Shown here piece after piece: positions 46,873 to 57,492 of a stretch of 64,000 bases of DNA. Under the pieces are notes generated by a model. That model had not been told where the DNA came from. It was given only the letters and a program-made list of their open reading frames with translations, and ran no database searches. This DNA comes from Verrucomicrobiota bacterium (lineage in GTDB: Bacteria > Verrucomicrobiota > Verrucomicrobiia > Opitutales > Seribacteraceae), in assembly GCA_027622665.1 (NCBI GenBank), contig JAQBYT010000002.1, forward strand, positions 96,001 to 160,000, written 5' to 3'. How positions within the stretch are numbered: position 1 is the first letter of the stretch; each line of letters opens with the position of its first letter. The translations under genes and the position numbers were made by a program.

Positions 46873-49800
46873 TTGAGGATTTCCCATTTAGCTGTTCTTG
46901 CGACATGGGCCAATGCCTGCTTGTTTGGAGCGACCCATTCGGGCCAAGCTGTCGAATTTACCGTCGAGACGGGAGCTGAATTCAAAACAGGGGTAAATCA
47001 AGACGACTTGTTGGAAGGAGTTCCCTTTCATTCCAACCTTGAGCTGACGGCGGGAGACTTTTACAAAATGACCGACGGATTGGGGAGCAAGCCGAATGAA
47101 TCCTTCCGCACTTTTGCCCATGATGGCGTCGAGGACTGGGTGATCACTTTCTCTAAACTCAAGATCGTGGAAGTTGAGGAGATCCGAGTATTTTCTTGGA
47201 ACGGCGATCATCGAGCTCAACAAGATTTCGACGTTGCCTACAGCGTAGACCGTGGGAAAACCTTCGTTCCTCTGGCCAAGCGAATCGTAGCCCCAAAAAA
47301 TGGAGCCTGTAACTTGACTAGCATTCCTTGCATGGTCGGCGAAGTGACCGACCTTAGGTTTGTCTTCCGCAATCCCGGAAACAACATCCACCACTCATCT
47401 ATACTTGAGATTGATGCCATCGGCACACCCTTGGTTGAGAAGCCGGGTTTCGCCGAGGCCAGAAAAGCTGGTCTGGCAAATTCCGCCTTGCTTGCAAAAA
47501 GGGAAACTGCCGGGCGTCAAGCAAGTGGTTCGAGTGGGGAATCGGCCAAACCGAATTTAGCCGAATTCAAGTCATCCATTGAACCTGCCTTAAAAAAAAC
47601 CTGCGTCGGATGCCACGGACCAGAAAAACAGAAAGGTAAATTTCGAATCGACACCCTCAACCCTGACTTGATCAAAGGCGACGACAAGGATTGGTGGTTG
47701 GAAGTCATGGATGTGCTGAGTAACCGCGAAATGCCTCCGGAGGATGAAGGAGTGGACTTTTCTGACGAAGACCGGGCAGCAACCATTGATTGGCTTGCCG
47801 GAGAAATTCAACATGCTTCCCAAGTAGCTCGGAGCGAGAAGGGGCGCTCTTCGTTTCGCCGCCTGACCCGTTACGAATACAACTACGCTCTCCAAGACTT
47901 GCTGGGTTTGCCCTGGTCTATGGCCAAAACCCTGCCTCCGGAAACCGCATCGGAGGATGGCTTTAAAAACAGTTCTGAATTGTTGCAGATGTCTCCCATG
48001 CAATTCCGAATCTATCGCGAAATCGGGTTGAATGCTTTGAAGCGCGCAACGGTAATTGGCGAACGCCCCAAGCCTGTTACCTACGTTGTTTCGATGAAGG
48101 AAGAGTTTGATAAGATGGCCTCGAACCAAAAGACAAAATTCTTCAACACGGGGGACAAAAGCTATGAAAAGAGCCGGAAATCAATTCACCTTTTGAACAC
48201 TCAGAGCGGCCAGGGCACTCATTACAAGACCGGGAAATTGGCGCCGAAACCTGATGCCGTTGCGGGCCTAACACCTACGCGCAATCCGGTTTTTATGGCA
48301 CTGCCAAGGTCCGCTGAACTGAAATGGAATCTGGACCGTTTTCTTCCCGACGAAGGTGTTATGCGGGTTAGTCTTCGTGCCTGGCGTTCGTCCGACAACC
48401 CGGAAGAGTATGCACGCCTACGTTTGGGTTTAAGTGCCCATACCAGTAATAACGCCAACTTTTCCAACATTATAAGCGAACGGGATATCCCTGTCACCGG
48501 ATCGGTGGACAAACCCCAATTTATTCATTTCGACATATATCTCGCAGACATCCAGCGTAACCCTTTTCGAAAGCTTACAGCGACGTTTCCCACCCGGGAT
48601 GAATTCCTACATATTCACAACATCTCGAATGCTCATGGCAAGGAACCCCTTCAAGTTCTTGTTGATCACATTGAAATCAGTGCACCGTTTTACGCACAAT
48701 GGCCGTCTAGGACGCACACGAATATTTTTTTCGACAGTAAAAATAAAGAAAACGAGGGAAAATACGGCAGTGAAGTTCTTGCCCGGTTTATAGGGCGTGC
48801 TTGGGGGCGCCCGGCCACCTCACTGGAGGTCGGCCGTTTCATGGGCTTGTTTGCAAAATACCGGCCGGAGTTTCAGACCCTCGAAGAGGCGATGCAGGAA
48901 GTCTTGGCAACCGTTCTGGTGCATCCTGAGTTTCTTTACCTGACTCAATACGTCGCAGAGAATGCAAAAGTTGGCCCAACGCGGATCAGTGACCATGAAT
49001 TGGCAAGACGCCTTTCGGTATTTCTATGGTCGAGTATTCCTGATGCCGAACTGCAACAACTTGCTGAACAAGGAAAGCTCAAGGAACCTAAAATCCTTGA
49101 AGCTCAGGTCAAACGCATGTTGACAGACACTCGTTCTAAACGGTTTACTCAGCATTTCGTGCAGCAATGGCTTGGCCTGGATGGTCTGGATAGTGTGACA
49201 CATGTCACAGACGATGATCTGAAGGAAGCCATGCAGGAAGAACCTGTCGCCTTTTTTGAGAATGTGTTGAAACACAACCTCAGTGTTCTCGACTTCATCC
49301 ATTCGGACTACGCAATAGTCAATGAGAAGTTGGCGAAGCACTATGGGATCAAGGATATACATGGCTTTCATTTTCGTAAAGTTCCCACCGAACCAAAACT
49401 GAACCGTGGCGGTCTTTTGACAGGTTCTGCCGTTCTTGCGATGAACTCCGATGGCAAGGATTCCCATCCTCTTAAACGCGGGGTCTGGTTGCTGGAACGC
49501 ATTCTTAATGATCCACCACCACCTCCTCCACCAAATGTACCGGAAGTAGACCTTGCGGATCCGGAAATCCAAAAAATGACCTTGAAAGAACGGATTGCCA
49601 ACCACCGAAATGATCCAGCTTGCTATTCTTGCCACGCAAGAATTGATCCTTGGGGAATCGCGTTTGAAAATTATGATGCTCTGGGTTCCTACCGCACCAA
49701 GTTCAATAATAAGCCGGTCGATGCCACTTCCAATCTTTTCAATAAGCAGGCCTTGGAAGGAATGAAGGGATTGAAGCGATATCTACTCAAGGAAAGACAA

Positions 49801-49977
49801 GATCAATTTGCCCGTGCCATGGTGCACAAAATGACTGCCTATGCACTTGGTCGCCATCTTTCTTTTTCAGATCATGCCGACGTGGAAGACCTGACGAAAA
49901 AGTTCAGAAAAAAGGGAGATCGCCTGGGTGATTTGATCCACTTGCTTACCCAAAGCACCATTTTTAACTCGAAATAA
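46873..49977 (+). CDS. DUF1592-family heme-c protein with N-terminal discoidin (F5/8 type C)-like domain
   Basis: CVGCH, CYSCH, RRLTRYEYNYALQDLLG, ELARRLSVFLWSSIPD; N-terminal EIRVFSW..HRAQQDFDV...LRFVF..SILEIDA. Confidence 0.88.
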   Translation: MRISHLAVLATWANACLFGATHSGQAVEFTVETGAEFKTGVNQDDLLEGVPFHSNLELTAGDFYKMTDGLGSKPNESFRTFAHDGVEDWVITFSKLKIVEVEEIRVFSWNGDHRAQQDFDVAYSVDRGKTFVPLAKRIVAPKNGACNLTSIPCMVGEVTDLRFVFRNPGNNIHHSSILEIDAIGTPLVEKPGFAEARKAGLANSALLAKRETAGRQASGSSGESAKPNLAEFKSSIEPALKKTCVGCHGPEKQKGKFRIDTLNPDLIKGDDKDWWLEVMDVLSNREMPPEDEGVDFSDEDRAATIDWLAGEIQHASQVARSEKGRSSFRRLTRYEYNYALQDLLGLPWSMAKTLPPETASEDGFKNSSELLQMSPMQFRIYREIGLNALKRATVIGERPKPVTYVVSMKEEFDKMASNQKTKFFNTGDKSYEKSRKSIHLLNTQSGQGTHYKTGKLAPKPDAVAGLTPTRNPVFMALPRSAELKWNLDRFLPDEGVMRVSLRAWRSSDNPEEYARLRLGLSAHTSNNANFSNIISERDIPVTGSVDKPQFIHFDIYLADIQRNPFRKLTATFPTRDEFLHIHNISNAHGKEPLQVLVDHIEISAPFYAQWPSRTHTNIFFDSKNKENEGKYGSEVLARFIGRAWGRPATSLEVGRFMGLFAKYRPEFQTLEEAMQEVLATVLVHPEFLYLTQYVAENAKVGPTRISDHELARRLSVFLWSSIPDAELQQLAEQGKLKEPKILEAQVKRMLTDTRSKRFTQHFVQQWLGLDGLDSVTHVTDDDLKEAMQEEPVAFFENVLKHNLSVLDFIHSDYAIVNEKLAKHYGIKDIHGFHFRKVPTEPKLNRGGLLTGSAVLAMNSDGKDSHPLKRGVWLLERILNDPPPPPPPNVPEVDLADPEIQKMTLKERIANHRNDPACYSCHARIDPWGIAFENYDALGSYRTKFNNKPVDATSNLFNKQALEGMKGLKRYLLKERQDQFARAMVHKMTAYALGRHLSFSDHADVEDLTKKFRKKGDRLGDLIHLLTQSTIFNSK

Positions 49978-50020
49978 TTGGCCTTTAGGCTATTACATAT
50001 TAAGGAAAGTTTAACTGACA

Positions 50021-51421
50021 ATGAATGATAAACCAAACACTTTGGGCCGTAGAACCTTTTTACGTGGCACTGGCATCGCCCTTTCTTTGCCTTGGTTCGA
50101 AACATTTGGTGCTGGAAATCAAACTGCCAACAACACACCAAAACGTTTTGTCAGCATTTACCACCCGGATGGAGTGGGCGTCCCCCTCAAGGAAGACCCG
50201 GCTTGGAAGGATTGGAGTTGGTTCCCTCATGGCGGGGAAAAGGATTTCGAATTAACCAAAGTGCTGGACGTTCTTGAGCCCTTGCGCAGTGACGTCACGG
50301 TTTATGCAGGTCTCTCCCATCCTGCAGTAAGGCGGGTCCACGGGCATTCCAATGCCGACCAGTATCTTACGGGTGCGGACACCCAAGGACATGGTCCTTA
50401 CAAGAATTCAATTTCCCTGGATCAGGTCTACGCCGAATCCATCGGTGAGTATACCCGGCATGCTTCCCTGGTCATGTCCACAAATGGTGGCATCGGCGGT
50501 CCTCGTGGCGCCCAAACCCAGTCCTTTAACCGGGAAGGTCGCCCCATTCCGGCGCTGAATAAGCCCAAGCAAATTTTCGACATGCTTTTTGTCGCCGGCA
50601 ACCGGGATGCGGCAGCGAGGTTGGGAAGGAGCAAAAGTGCCCTGGATCTCCTGATTGAAGATTCCCGATCCCTCGGAAGAAAACTTTCCAAGCACGACCA
50701 AGGCACTCTCCAGCAGTATCTTGACTCGGTTAGGGATACCGAGGTGAAACTGACCAAAGCCCAGCAATGGATGGATGCTCCCCTGTCAAAGGTGGATTCC
50801 TCAAGTCTGCACCTAGAAGCTGGTCCGAAAGAGGCCAAGCAATATTTTCAGACCATGTATGATTTGATCTATCTTGCCTTTTTGAGCGACTCCACCCGTG
50901 TGGCGACTTTTCAATTGGGAAGGGAGAACGGGGGAGGTCCGCACGATTTGCTTTCCAAGGCTGTGGATTTGGATAATGCACATGGTCTGACCCATTCCGT
51001 CAAGAATAAGAACGGCTGGCAAAACCTTGGAACCTACAACCGTTATCAGGCGGAGGAGTTTGGTCGATTTGTGAAGAAACTCAAGGATACGACCGAGCCA
51101 AGTGGCGAAGGTAACATGCTGGACAATACTTTTGCCATGCATGGTTCCGCATCCAGTAGTTTTCATCTGTCCCGAAATTATCCCATAATTTCAGCCGGGG
51201 GAAAAAATCTCGGTTTTGCCAATGGACGTTATCTCAATTTTGTTGGTCTCCAGGAGGATGGCAGTTTGCCTGGTGCCGGAGTTACCAGTGATTCAGGATG
51301 GAATAGTAAAGTGGTGGAAGAAGAACCTCCGCTTGCGAAGCTGTTCGTGAGCATCCTGCAGAGGCTCGGGGTCGAAACCGATTCATTTGCTGGATATTCC
51401 GGGGCCTTGGCACGGGTTTAA
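50021..51421 (+). CDS. DUF1552 family protein (Tat-exported)
   Basis: GRRTFLRGTGIALSLPWFE, HGHSNADQYLTG, MLDNT, FHLSRNYP. Confidence 0.9.
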   Translation: MNDKPNTLGRRTFLRGTGIALSLPWFETFGAGNQTANNTPKRFVSIYHPDGVGVPLKEDPAWKDWSWFPHGGEKDFELTKVLDVLEPLRSDVTVYAGLSHPAVRRVHGHSNADQYLTGADTQGHGPYKNSISLDQVYAESIGEYTRHASLVMSTNGGIGGPRGAQTQSFNREGRPIPALNKPKQIFDMLFVAGNRDAAARLGRSKSALDLLIEDSRSLGRKLSKHDQGTLQQYLDSVRDTEVKLTKAQQWMDAPLSKVDSSSLHLEAGPKEAKQYFQTMYDLIYLAFLSDSTRVATFQLGRENGGGPHDLLSKAVDLDNAHGLTHSVKNKNGWQNLGTYNRYQAEEFGRFVKKLKDTTEPSGEGNMLDNTFAMHGSASSSFHLSRNYPIISAGGKNLGFANGRYLNFVGLQEDGSLPGAGVTSDSGWNSKVVEEEPPLAKLFVSILQRLGVETDSFAGYSGALARV

Positions 51422-51620
51422 AAAGAGTGTGGTAAACGGGAGAGACGTTCAACGTTCACCGAAATATCCCAAGCGACCTTATTGGACGGCGTGGTGAAGT
51501 TGTTTGCCGAGCAAACTTTCAGGATCAAATTTTTCCTCGTTGGAGAAATGAAATAATTTCGATATACAGATTATCTAGATTTTCTTTCTCGCTGAAACGT
51601 AGTTTTACCCTTTCTTACAA

Positions 51621-52739
51621 ATGCAATCCGTCTATATTCCTCCAAGGCGGAAGACCAAGGTTGTCTTCGTGCAACTCGGTTCCCCCGAGGCTCCGACCCC
51701 CAAGGCGTTGCGGAAATACCTCAGGAAATTCCTCGGGGACCCGAGGGTGATCGACATTCCCGCTTGGAAGTGGAAGATCATTCTCAACTGCTTCGTCCTT
51801 CCTTTCAGGCCCGCTAAATCAGCCAAGCTTTACGAGAGAATTTGGGACGGAAAGAGTTTTCCGCTCATCACGAACACGGCTAACTTCACGGAGAGTGTTC
51901 GTGAGGAATTGAAGAAGATCGACCCCGAGGGGTACGTCGAGGTAAACCATGCCTTCCTGCTTTCCCCCCCTTACGTCAATGAAGTATACGACAGTTGGGA
52001 AGAGGATTTGAAGAACAATGTCGGGGCTACCAAATTGATGGTCATCCCTATGTTTCCCCAGTATTCGGAAAGTACGATTGCATCCGGCGTCGACGCCTTG
52101 GGCAAGGAACTTTCCAAGCGGGTCAAAATTCCCACCTTTGAGGTCATCACCAATTTCCACCGCACCCATGCCTTTATTGACAATTCCGTGACTCAATTGG
52201 ATGCCAAGGTGAAGGAACTTAAGAAGGAAGGCATTGAGATCGACAAACTGGTTATCTCCTTCCACGGGATGCAAAAAAGACGCGTCGTTTTCAAAGGGGA
52301 CGACTACTACCGACATTGCTACGAGACCTACCGCCTGATCGTTGACCGACTCAAGCACTTCAAGCCCGAACAAACCGTGATGACTTTCCAGAGCCGCTTC
52401 GGTCGAGAGGAATGGATTACACCCTATACGGAGGAGGTGGTCGAGAACCTGATCAACGAAGGTCACAAGGAACTCATGATTTATTCGCCCAGCTTCGTCG
52501 CGGATTGTCTCGAGACGACGGACGAACTGGGTCACGAGTTGGCCAAGGACGCAAAGAAGTGGGGAGGGAACGTCCATCCCGTCGAGTGCCTCAATACCAA
52601 CGAACAGTGGTGCAAGGATTTTGCCAAATACGTAATGACCCAGGCCGAGGGCTCGGCCCAAGACAAAGAAGACATCGAATACCGGTTGAAGGCGGATGAC
52701 TATGATCATATGCCCGAACTGGCTATGAATCAGTCCTAA
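51621..52739 (+). CDS. hemH: Ferrochelatase
   Basis: QLGSP, YLRKFLGDPRVID, PMFPQYS, SFHG, FQSRFG..W..PYT, FVADCLETTDE. Confidence 0.92.
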   Translation: MQSVYIPPRRKTKVVFVQLGSPEAPTPKALRKYLRKFLGDPRVIDIPAWKWKIILNCFVLPFRPAKSAKLYERIWDGKSFPLITNTANFTESVREELKKIDPEGYVEVNHAFLLSPPYVNEVYDSWEEDLKNNVGATKLMVIPMFPQYSESTIASGVDALGKELSKRVKIPTFEVITNFHRTHAFIDNSVTQLDAKVKELKKEGIEIDKLVISFHGMQKRRVVFKGDDYYRHCYETYRLIVDRLKHFKPEQTVMTFQSRFGREEWITPYTEEVVENLINEGHKELMIYSPSFVADCLETTDELGHELAKDAKKWGGNVHPVECLNTNEQWCKDFAKYVMTQAEGSAQDKEDIEYRLKADDYDHMPELAMNQS

Positions 52740-52968
52740 GTTTCCCGACGTCCTTGCCCCGGTTTTTTTGCGAACAGGTTATCTTTTAGGCTCGTTGAGC
52801 TTTACGTACGCATCGACCCGAATAATAAGTAAAAGGCTTTTTAGGTAGGAGTTTCCCAAAATCACGTTATCTTTCAGGATCGCCAACTTGAACGTTCCAC
52901 CCGCTTGATCAAGATGCAAGGGGAACGAGGAACCGCAGATAAAAACTAACAACCAAAGCTAAAAACTC

Positions 52969-53754
52969 ATGATAACATTCGCCCTTAGATTCAAAATTTC
53001 ATCGATAGCGCTTCTTGTCCTGGTAGGATTTCTTCACGCGGGCAAAAAGCCCGAGGAACAGAATGGATACGACCAAGGAAAGGACGTTGGGTTCAAAGCG
53101 CCCAAGGGAGCTGAAGTTCCCTTCGACGGGACTATGGAATCAATCCGGAAAAATTGGGAAATGTGGCCGAAGAAGGATATGGATATCACCTGGAAGATTA
53201 TGGATAACCCGAATGGCAAGGGAAAGACCTTGATGACGGATGGGGGAAAAAGCTGGGGCACGCATGACTTGGTGACCAAGAAAAAATATTCCGATTACGA
53301 GGGGCATGTTGAATTTATCATGATGGGAGCTCGTGGTGATGGAAAACCGGACGGGTACGCCAACAGCGGAGTCTACATGCAAAACCGCTATGAAATCCAA
53401 ATTGAGTCTCCCAAGGGAAAAAACGTTCAGGATCCGTACAATTGGAAAATCGGGCCACATGGGATTGCTGCCTTTTGCATGGATCGTGTGCCTGACCGCA
53501 ACGCATGGAGACCGAATGGTCAATGGCATGCCTTCCACTTCGTTATCAAGGATGCGAAATGGGAGGGCGGCAAAAAAGTTGCCAATGCACGTGCCACGGT
53601 CTGGTGGAATGGAATCAAAGTTCACGACAACGCCGAAATTAAAAAAGCCAACGGTGGGATCAAGGTGACTTCCTCACCAGGTGGTCTTAAACTTCAGGAG
53701 CATGGTCAAGACGTGCGCTACAGGAACGTTTGGATACTAGATCAATCCAAGTAA
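52969..53754 (+). CDS. DUF1080 (3-keto-disaccharide hydrolase-like) secreted protein
   Basis: NSGVYMQNRYEIQI, TVWWNGIKVH, LQEHGQDVRYRNVWI. Confidence 0.88.
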   Translation: MITFALRFKISSIALLVLVGFLHAGKKPEEQNGYDQGKDVGFKAPKGAEVPFDGTMESIRKNWEMWPKKDMDITWKIMDNPNGKGKTLMTDGGKSWGTHDLVTKKKYSDYEGHVEFIMMGARGDGKPDGYANSGVYMQNRYEIQIESPKGKNVQDPYNWKIGPHGIAAFCMDRVPDRNAWRPNGQWHAFHFVIKDAKWEGGKKVANARATVWWNGIKVHDNAEIKKANGGIKVTSSPGGLKLQEHGQDVRYRNVWILDQSK

Positions 53755-53802
53755 CGCCGATTTATCCAAGCGCAATCTAAGCGGAGTACTTTACCCATAC
53801 CC

Positions 53803-55443
53803 ATGAATCACAAAACATTCTTTCTCTGCTTTTCCTAACCTTGGTGCATCAGGTTTTGGCCGAGGCCCCTCCGAATTTCATCATCCTTTATGCGGATGAT
53901 CTCGGATATGCCGACACCTCCGTCCAGATGACGGATGCCGAGCCTTCCACTAAACACGATTTCATCCGGACGCCCGGACTCGAGAGGTTGGCCGAAATCG
54001 GAGCCCGCTTCACTGCGGCCTACGCTCCTTCTCCCACCTGCACGGCTTCGCGCATAAGCATCCAGCATGGTCAAACGACTGCCCGAATCCAGTACCGGAA
54101 CGTATTCGACGTTCTTTCCGGCGTTCAGCGCCCGGATGGGTACGATGCGGAGGTGACCATGGCGGAAATGCTGAAGAAAGCCGGAAGAAATTACGTCACC
54201 GCCCGCTTCGGCAAGGGATGCAGCACCATGGGGCGATTTGAAGATGCCGGTTACGGACATTACCGATGAGAATCCGGGCGAACCCGTAGGCAATGGAAAC
54301 GGGCACGGTTCCTATTGGGACCCGATCAAGGATAAGGCTCCGTTTCCTCCGGACAATCCGAAACGCATGTATTCGCTCATGAGAGATTCCGCTGCCTTCG
54401 TCAAGGAGCACGCAGGGAAACAACCTTTCTTCATGATGGTTTCCCATTACGCTCCTCACATTCCTCACCTCTGCACCAAGGAAGCTTTCGAGCGGAACAA
54501 GAAACGCTGGATTGAAATGGGTAGGGATACCGATGGAATTGAAATGGGTAGGGATACCGATGGAATTGAAAAGGAGAAATCGGCCGTCAATAAGGACATC
54601 ACCTATGCGGCGATGGTTGAAGAGATGGACATGACCTTGGTCGCCATACTCGACGCCTTGGAAGCCAAGGGCCAACTAGACAACACCTATGTGATTTTCA
54701 CTTCCGACAACGGAGGTGGTCATTCCGAAAGAAGGGAAGTCGATGGAGAGAAACGCCGGTTCAATGGACCGCTGCAGGAGGGCAAGCGTTCCATTTAGGA
54801 AAGGGGGATTCGGGTCCCTGTGATTATGGCCGGACCAGGGGTTCCCGCCAATTCCCAGTGCGATTTCCCCGTAGCTCAATGGGATTATCTGCCTACCATG
54901 TATTCTCTCGCAGGCAGCAAAACTCAGTTGCCCAATAACTTAGATGGGGTGGATCTCCGTTCGGTTCTGAATAAGGGAAATGCGGGTAAGCTCGCCAAGC
55001 GCGATACCGGCCTGGTCTTTCATTTTCCAGCCTTCTACACTGTCCCTATCACATCCTGCCGAGATGGAGACTTCAAGTTGATGCGTCACTTGAACAGCGG
55101 CGAAATCAAGTTATTTGACGTGGCTAAGGATATGGGGGAAACCAAGGATTTATCCAAGAGCATGCCCGAAAAAAAAAGCGGCCTTGGTTCGAAAACTGGA
55201 TGCCTACTTGAAGAAGGTGGGAGCCTGGACCATGGAGGAAGTATATGAGACCCGCTTTGAAGAATTGGGAAAATGGATCGGAGAGAAAAAACAACTGATT
55301 ACGGACTGCCAGGCAAAACTGAAGAATGACCCCAATGACCGGGATACCCTGTCTAGCCTGAAAAAGCAGAAGCATCTTTGGTTAGGTTCCACAAGACTTT
55401 GGAGCAAGTTCGGGACAATCAAAAATCGGATAGATGGTTTTAG
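53803..55443 (+). pseudogene. Sulfatase pseudogene with several lesions
   Basis: ADDLG, CTASR, SDNGG motifs are spread over several frames; frameshifts near 53820, 54255, 55169-55177 (A9) and ~55365; in-frame TAG at 54796-54798 in the YEGG motif. Confidence 0.9.
54511..54571 (+). repeat. Exact 27-bp tandem duplication
   Basis: attgaaatgggtagggataccgatgga x2 plus attgaaa; encodes IEMGRDTDG twice. Confidence 0.95.
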
Positions 55444-55534
55444 GGCGGGTGGAAATGTTTTATTAGTTCAGTTACAAATGAAATACTGAAATCGGCTGGC
55501 ATTGGTGAAAGTCGATCGATAGTGTGCGGAATTC

Positions 55535-56524
55535 ATGGATGATGATGAAATCAATCGATTTATTAGGTCCATAACTCAAGCCACTTGTACCGGCAACCAA
55601 GAGGCTGTTCAAAGTTTGTGGAGCGGATATGGTAGTATAAGCCGTATTGTTTTAGATGGGGCCCAATTTTCGAGTGTTATTATAAAACACGTACAATCGG
55701 GCAACGGTGAACACCCCCGAGGTTGGAACACTGATTTGTCGCATCAACGCAAGCTCAAGTCTTATCGAGTAGAAACTCATTGGTACGATCGGCAGCGAGA
55801 GTTACCAACCCCGATCCTTGCCCGGATACCCGAATGTATCGGATTAAAGAATAAAGGGCAGGAAACATTGATAATATTGGAGGATCTCGATGCGTCGGGC
55901 TTCGCTGGGCGGAGAAGTTCAGTCAGTCCAACCGAATGGCAAGCTTGCGTACGTTGGTTGGCGGCTTTTCATGCCGAGCATTTGGGAGCGAAAAACGATG
56001 GGCTTTGGGAAAGCGGAACCTATTGGCATCTGGAGACCCGTCCGGACGAACTGGAGAAACTGGACGATCTTTCCTTGAAAAACGCGGCCGCGTCGATCGA
56101 TGCCAAGCTCAAGGCGTCTGCCTTTCAGACCCTGGTGCATGGGGATGCAAAGCTGGCCAATTTTTGTTTCAGCGCCGATGGTTCGGAAGTTGCCGCGGTG
56201 GACTTTCAATACATTGGTGGAGGATGCGGGATGAAGGATCTGGCTTACTTCGTGGGGAGCTGTTTCAGGGATGAGGAAGCCGAGAGGCGGGAGAGCGAAG
56301 TTTTGGACTTTTACTTCAAGGAGCTGCGGGAATGCCTTAATCGGATGGAGAATGACGTTTGCCCGGATGAAATGGAATCAGACTGGCGATCCTTGTACCG
56401 GATGGCATGGGCTGACTTCCATCGTTTCATGAAGGGCTGGAGCCCGGGCCATTGGAAACTCAGCGACTACAGCGAACGGGTCACCCGCGAGGTGATCGAT
56501 TCCTTGCAGGAGCCAAGGGCATGA
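55535..56524 (+). CDS. Choline-kinase/APH-like small-molecule kinase (EcKinase-like)
   Basis: [33 protein letters not shown]. Confidence 0.85.
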   Translation: MDDDEINRFIRSITQATCTGNQEAVQSLWSGYGSISRIVLDGAQFSSVIIKHVQSGNGEHPRGWNTDLSHQRKLKSYRVETHWYDRQRELPTPILARIPECIGLKNKGQETLIILEDLDASGFAGRRSSVSPTEWQACVRWLAAFHAEHLGAKNDGLWESGTYWHLETRPDELEKLDDLSLKNAAASIDAKLKASAFQTLVHGDAKLANFCFSADGSEVAAVDFQYIGGGCGMKDLAYFVGSCFRDEEAERRESEVLDFYFKELRECLNRMENDVCPDEMESDWRSLYRMAWADFHRFMKGWSPGHWKLSDYSERVTREVIDSLQEPRA

Positions 56525-57378
56525 TGGACCTGAGCTCATTGACCAAGCAGGCGGTTCAAGCCGCCCTCGAGGCCGGCGAGCTCATTCGTTCTTATCAGGA
56601 CCGGGAGGTTGAAGTTCTGCATAAGGAGGGTGGGGACACCTATGCGTCTCTAGTCGTGACAGAGGTCGACCGCAAAGCCCAGGATGCCATTTTGAGGATT
56701 CTCGGTCCGTCCTGCGAAGAGTACGATCTGGCGGTGCTCACCGAGGAGAACGAGGATGACGGCAGCCGTTTCGAAAAGGATTGTTTCTGGTGCATCGACC
56801 CGATGGACGGCACCTTGCCCTTTATTCGAAAGGAACCCGGCTATTCGGTTTCCATCGGTTTGGTGGCCCGGGACGGTTCGCCCCAAATCGGAGTGATTTT
56901 CGATCCCGTTCACGACGTTCTATGGCAGGCGACGAAGGGGCAGGGCGTTCAAAGAAACGGCGAGCCTTGGACCTTGAATTCATCAGCCAAGGAACTGACC
57001 TTTACCTACGACCGGAGTTTTATGAATCGCCCCGAGTTCGAGCGGGTAATGGAGGCACTGCAAGCCTATGCCCATTCCATCGGATTGAATGGCTTGGTGG
57101 CTACCCAGTTCGGTGGCGCGGTGATCAATGCTTGCCATGCCTTGGAACAGGCCCCTGGTTGTCATTTCAAGTTTGCCAAACCGCAGGAAGGTGGAGGAAG
57201 TCTCTGGGATTATGCGGCTACCGCATGCCTATTTGTGGAAGCCGGAGCCGTGGTCAGTGATGTTCATGGTGCTCCGCTCGACCTCAACCGGGCCGACTCC
57301 ACCTTCATGAATCATCGCGGGGCCTTGTATGCGACCGACCATGGCCTTGCTCAACGGATCCGGGAGATCCTAGCCTAA
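56521..57378 (+). CDS. Inositol monophosphatase / CysQ-like phosphatase
   Basis: [22 protein letters not shown]...[12 protein letters not shown] overlap with the kinase. Confidence 0.88.
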   Translation: MMDLSSLTKQAVQAALEAGELIRSYQDREVEVLHKEGGDTYASLVVTEVDRKAQDAILRILGPSCEEYDLAVLTEENEDDGSRFEKDCFWCIDPMDGTLPFIRKEPGYSVSIGLVARDGSPQIGVIFDPVHDVLWQATKGQGVQRNGEPWTLNSSAKELTFTYDRSFMNRPEFERVMEALQAYAHSIGLNGLVATQFGGAVINACHALEQAPGCHFKFAKPQEGGGSLWDYAATACLFVEAGAVVSDVHGAPLDLNRADSTFMNHRGALYATDHGLAQRIREILA

Positions 57379-57492
57379 TTCCCGCGATAAGGGTGGAGTA
57401 CCCACCTAGCCAATTTAGTCGGCGCCACACAAAGGAATTCGTTTCTGCGCTTATCCCTTGCAGGAAACGATTGAAATTCGAAGGATCACGAT

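Noticed and set aside
20907..51447. 13-bp match AACGGGAGAGACG at 20907 and 51435
   Set aside because: Matches of this length are expected by chance in 64 kb and the flanks are unrelated.
54511..54571. 27-bp repeat as a CRISPR array
   Set aside because: Two abutting copies with no spacer, in coding frame, and no cas genes.
54796..54798. In-frame TAG as pyrrolysine or readthrough
   Set aside because: It replaces the Tyr of YEGG in a gene that also has several frameshifts, so it is a nonsense mutation.
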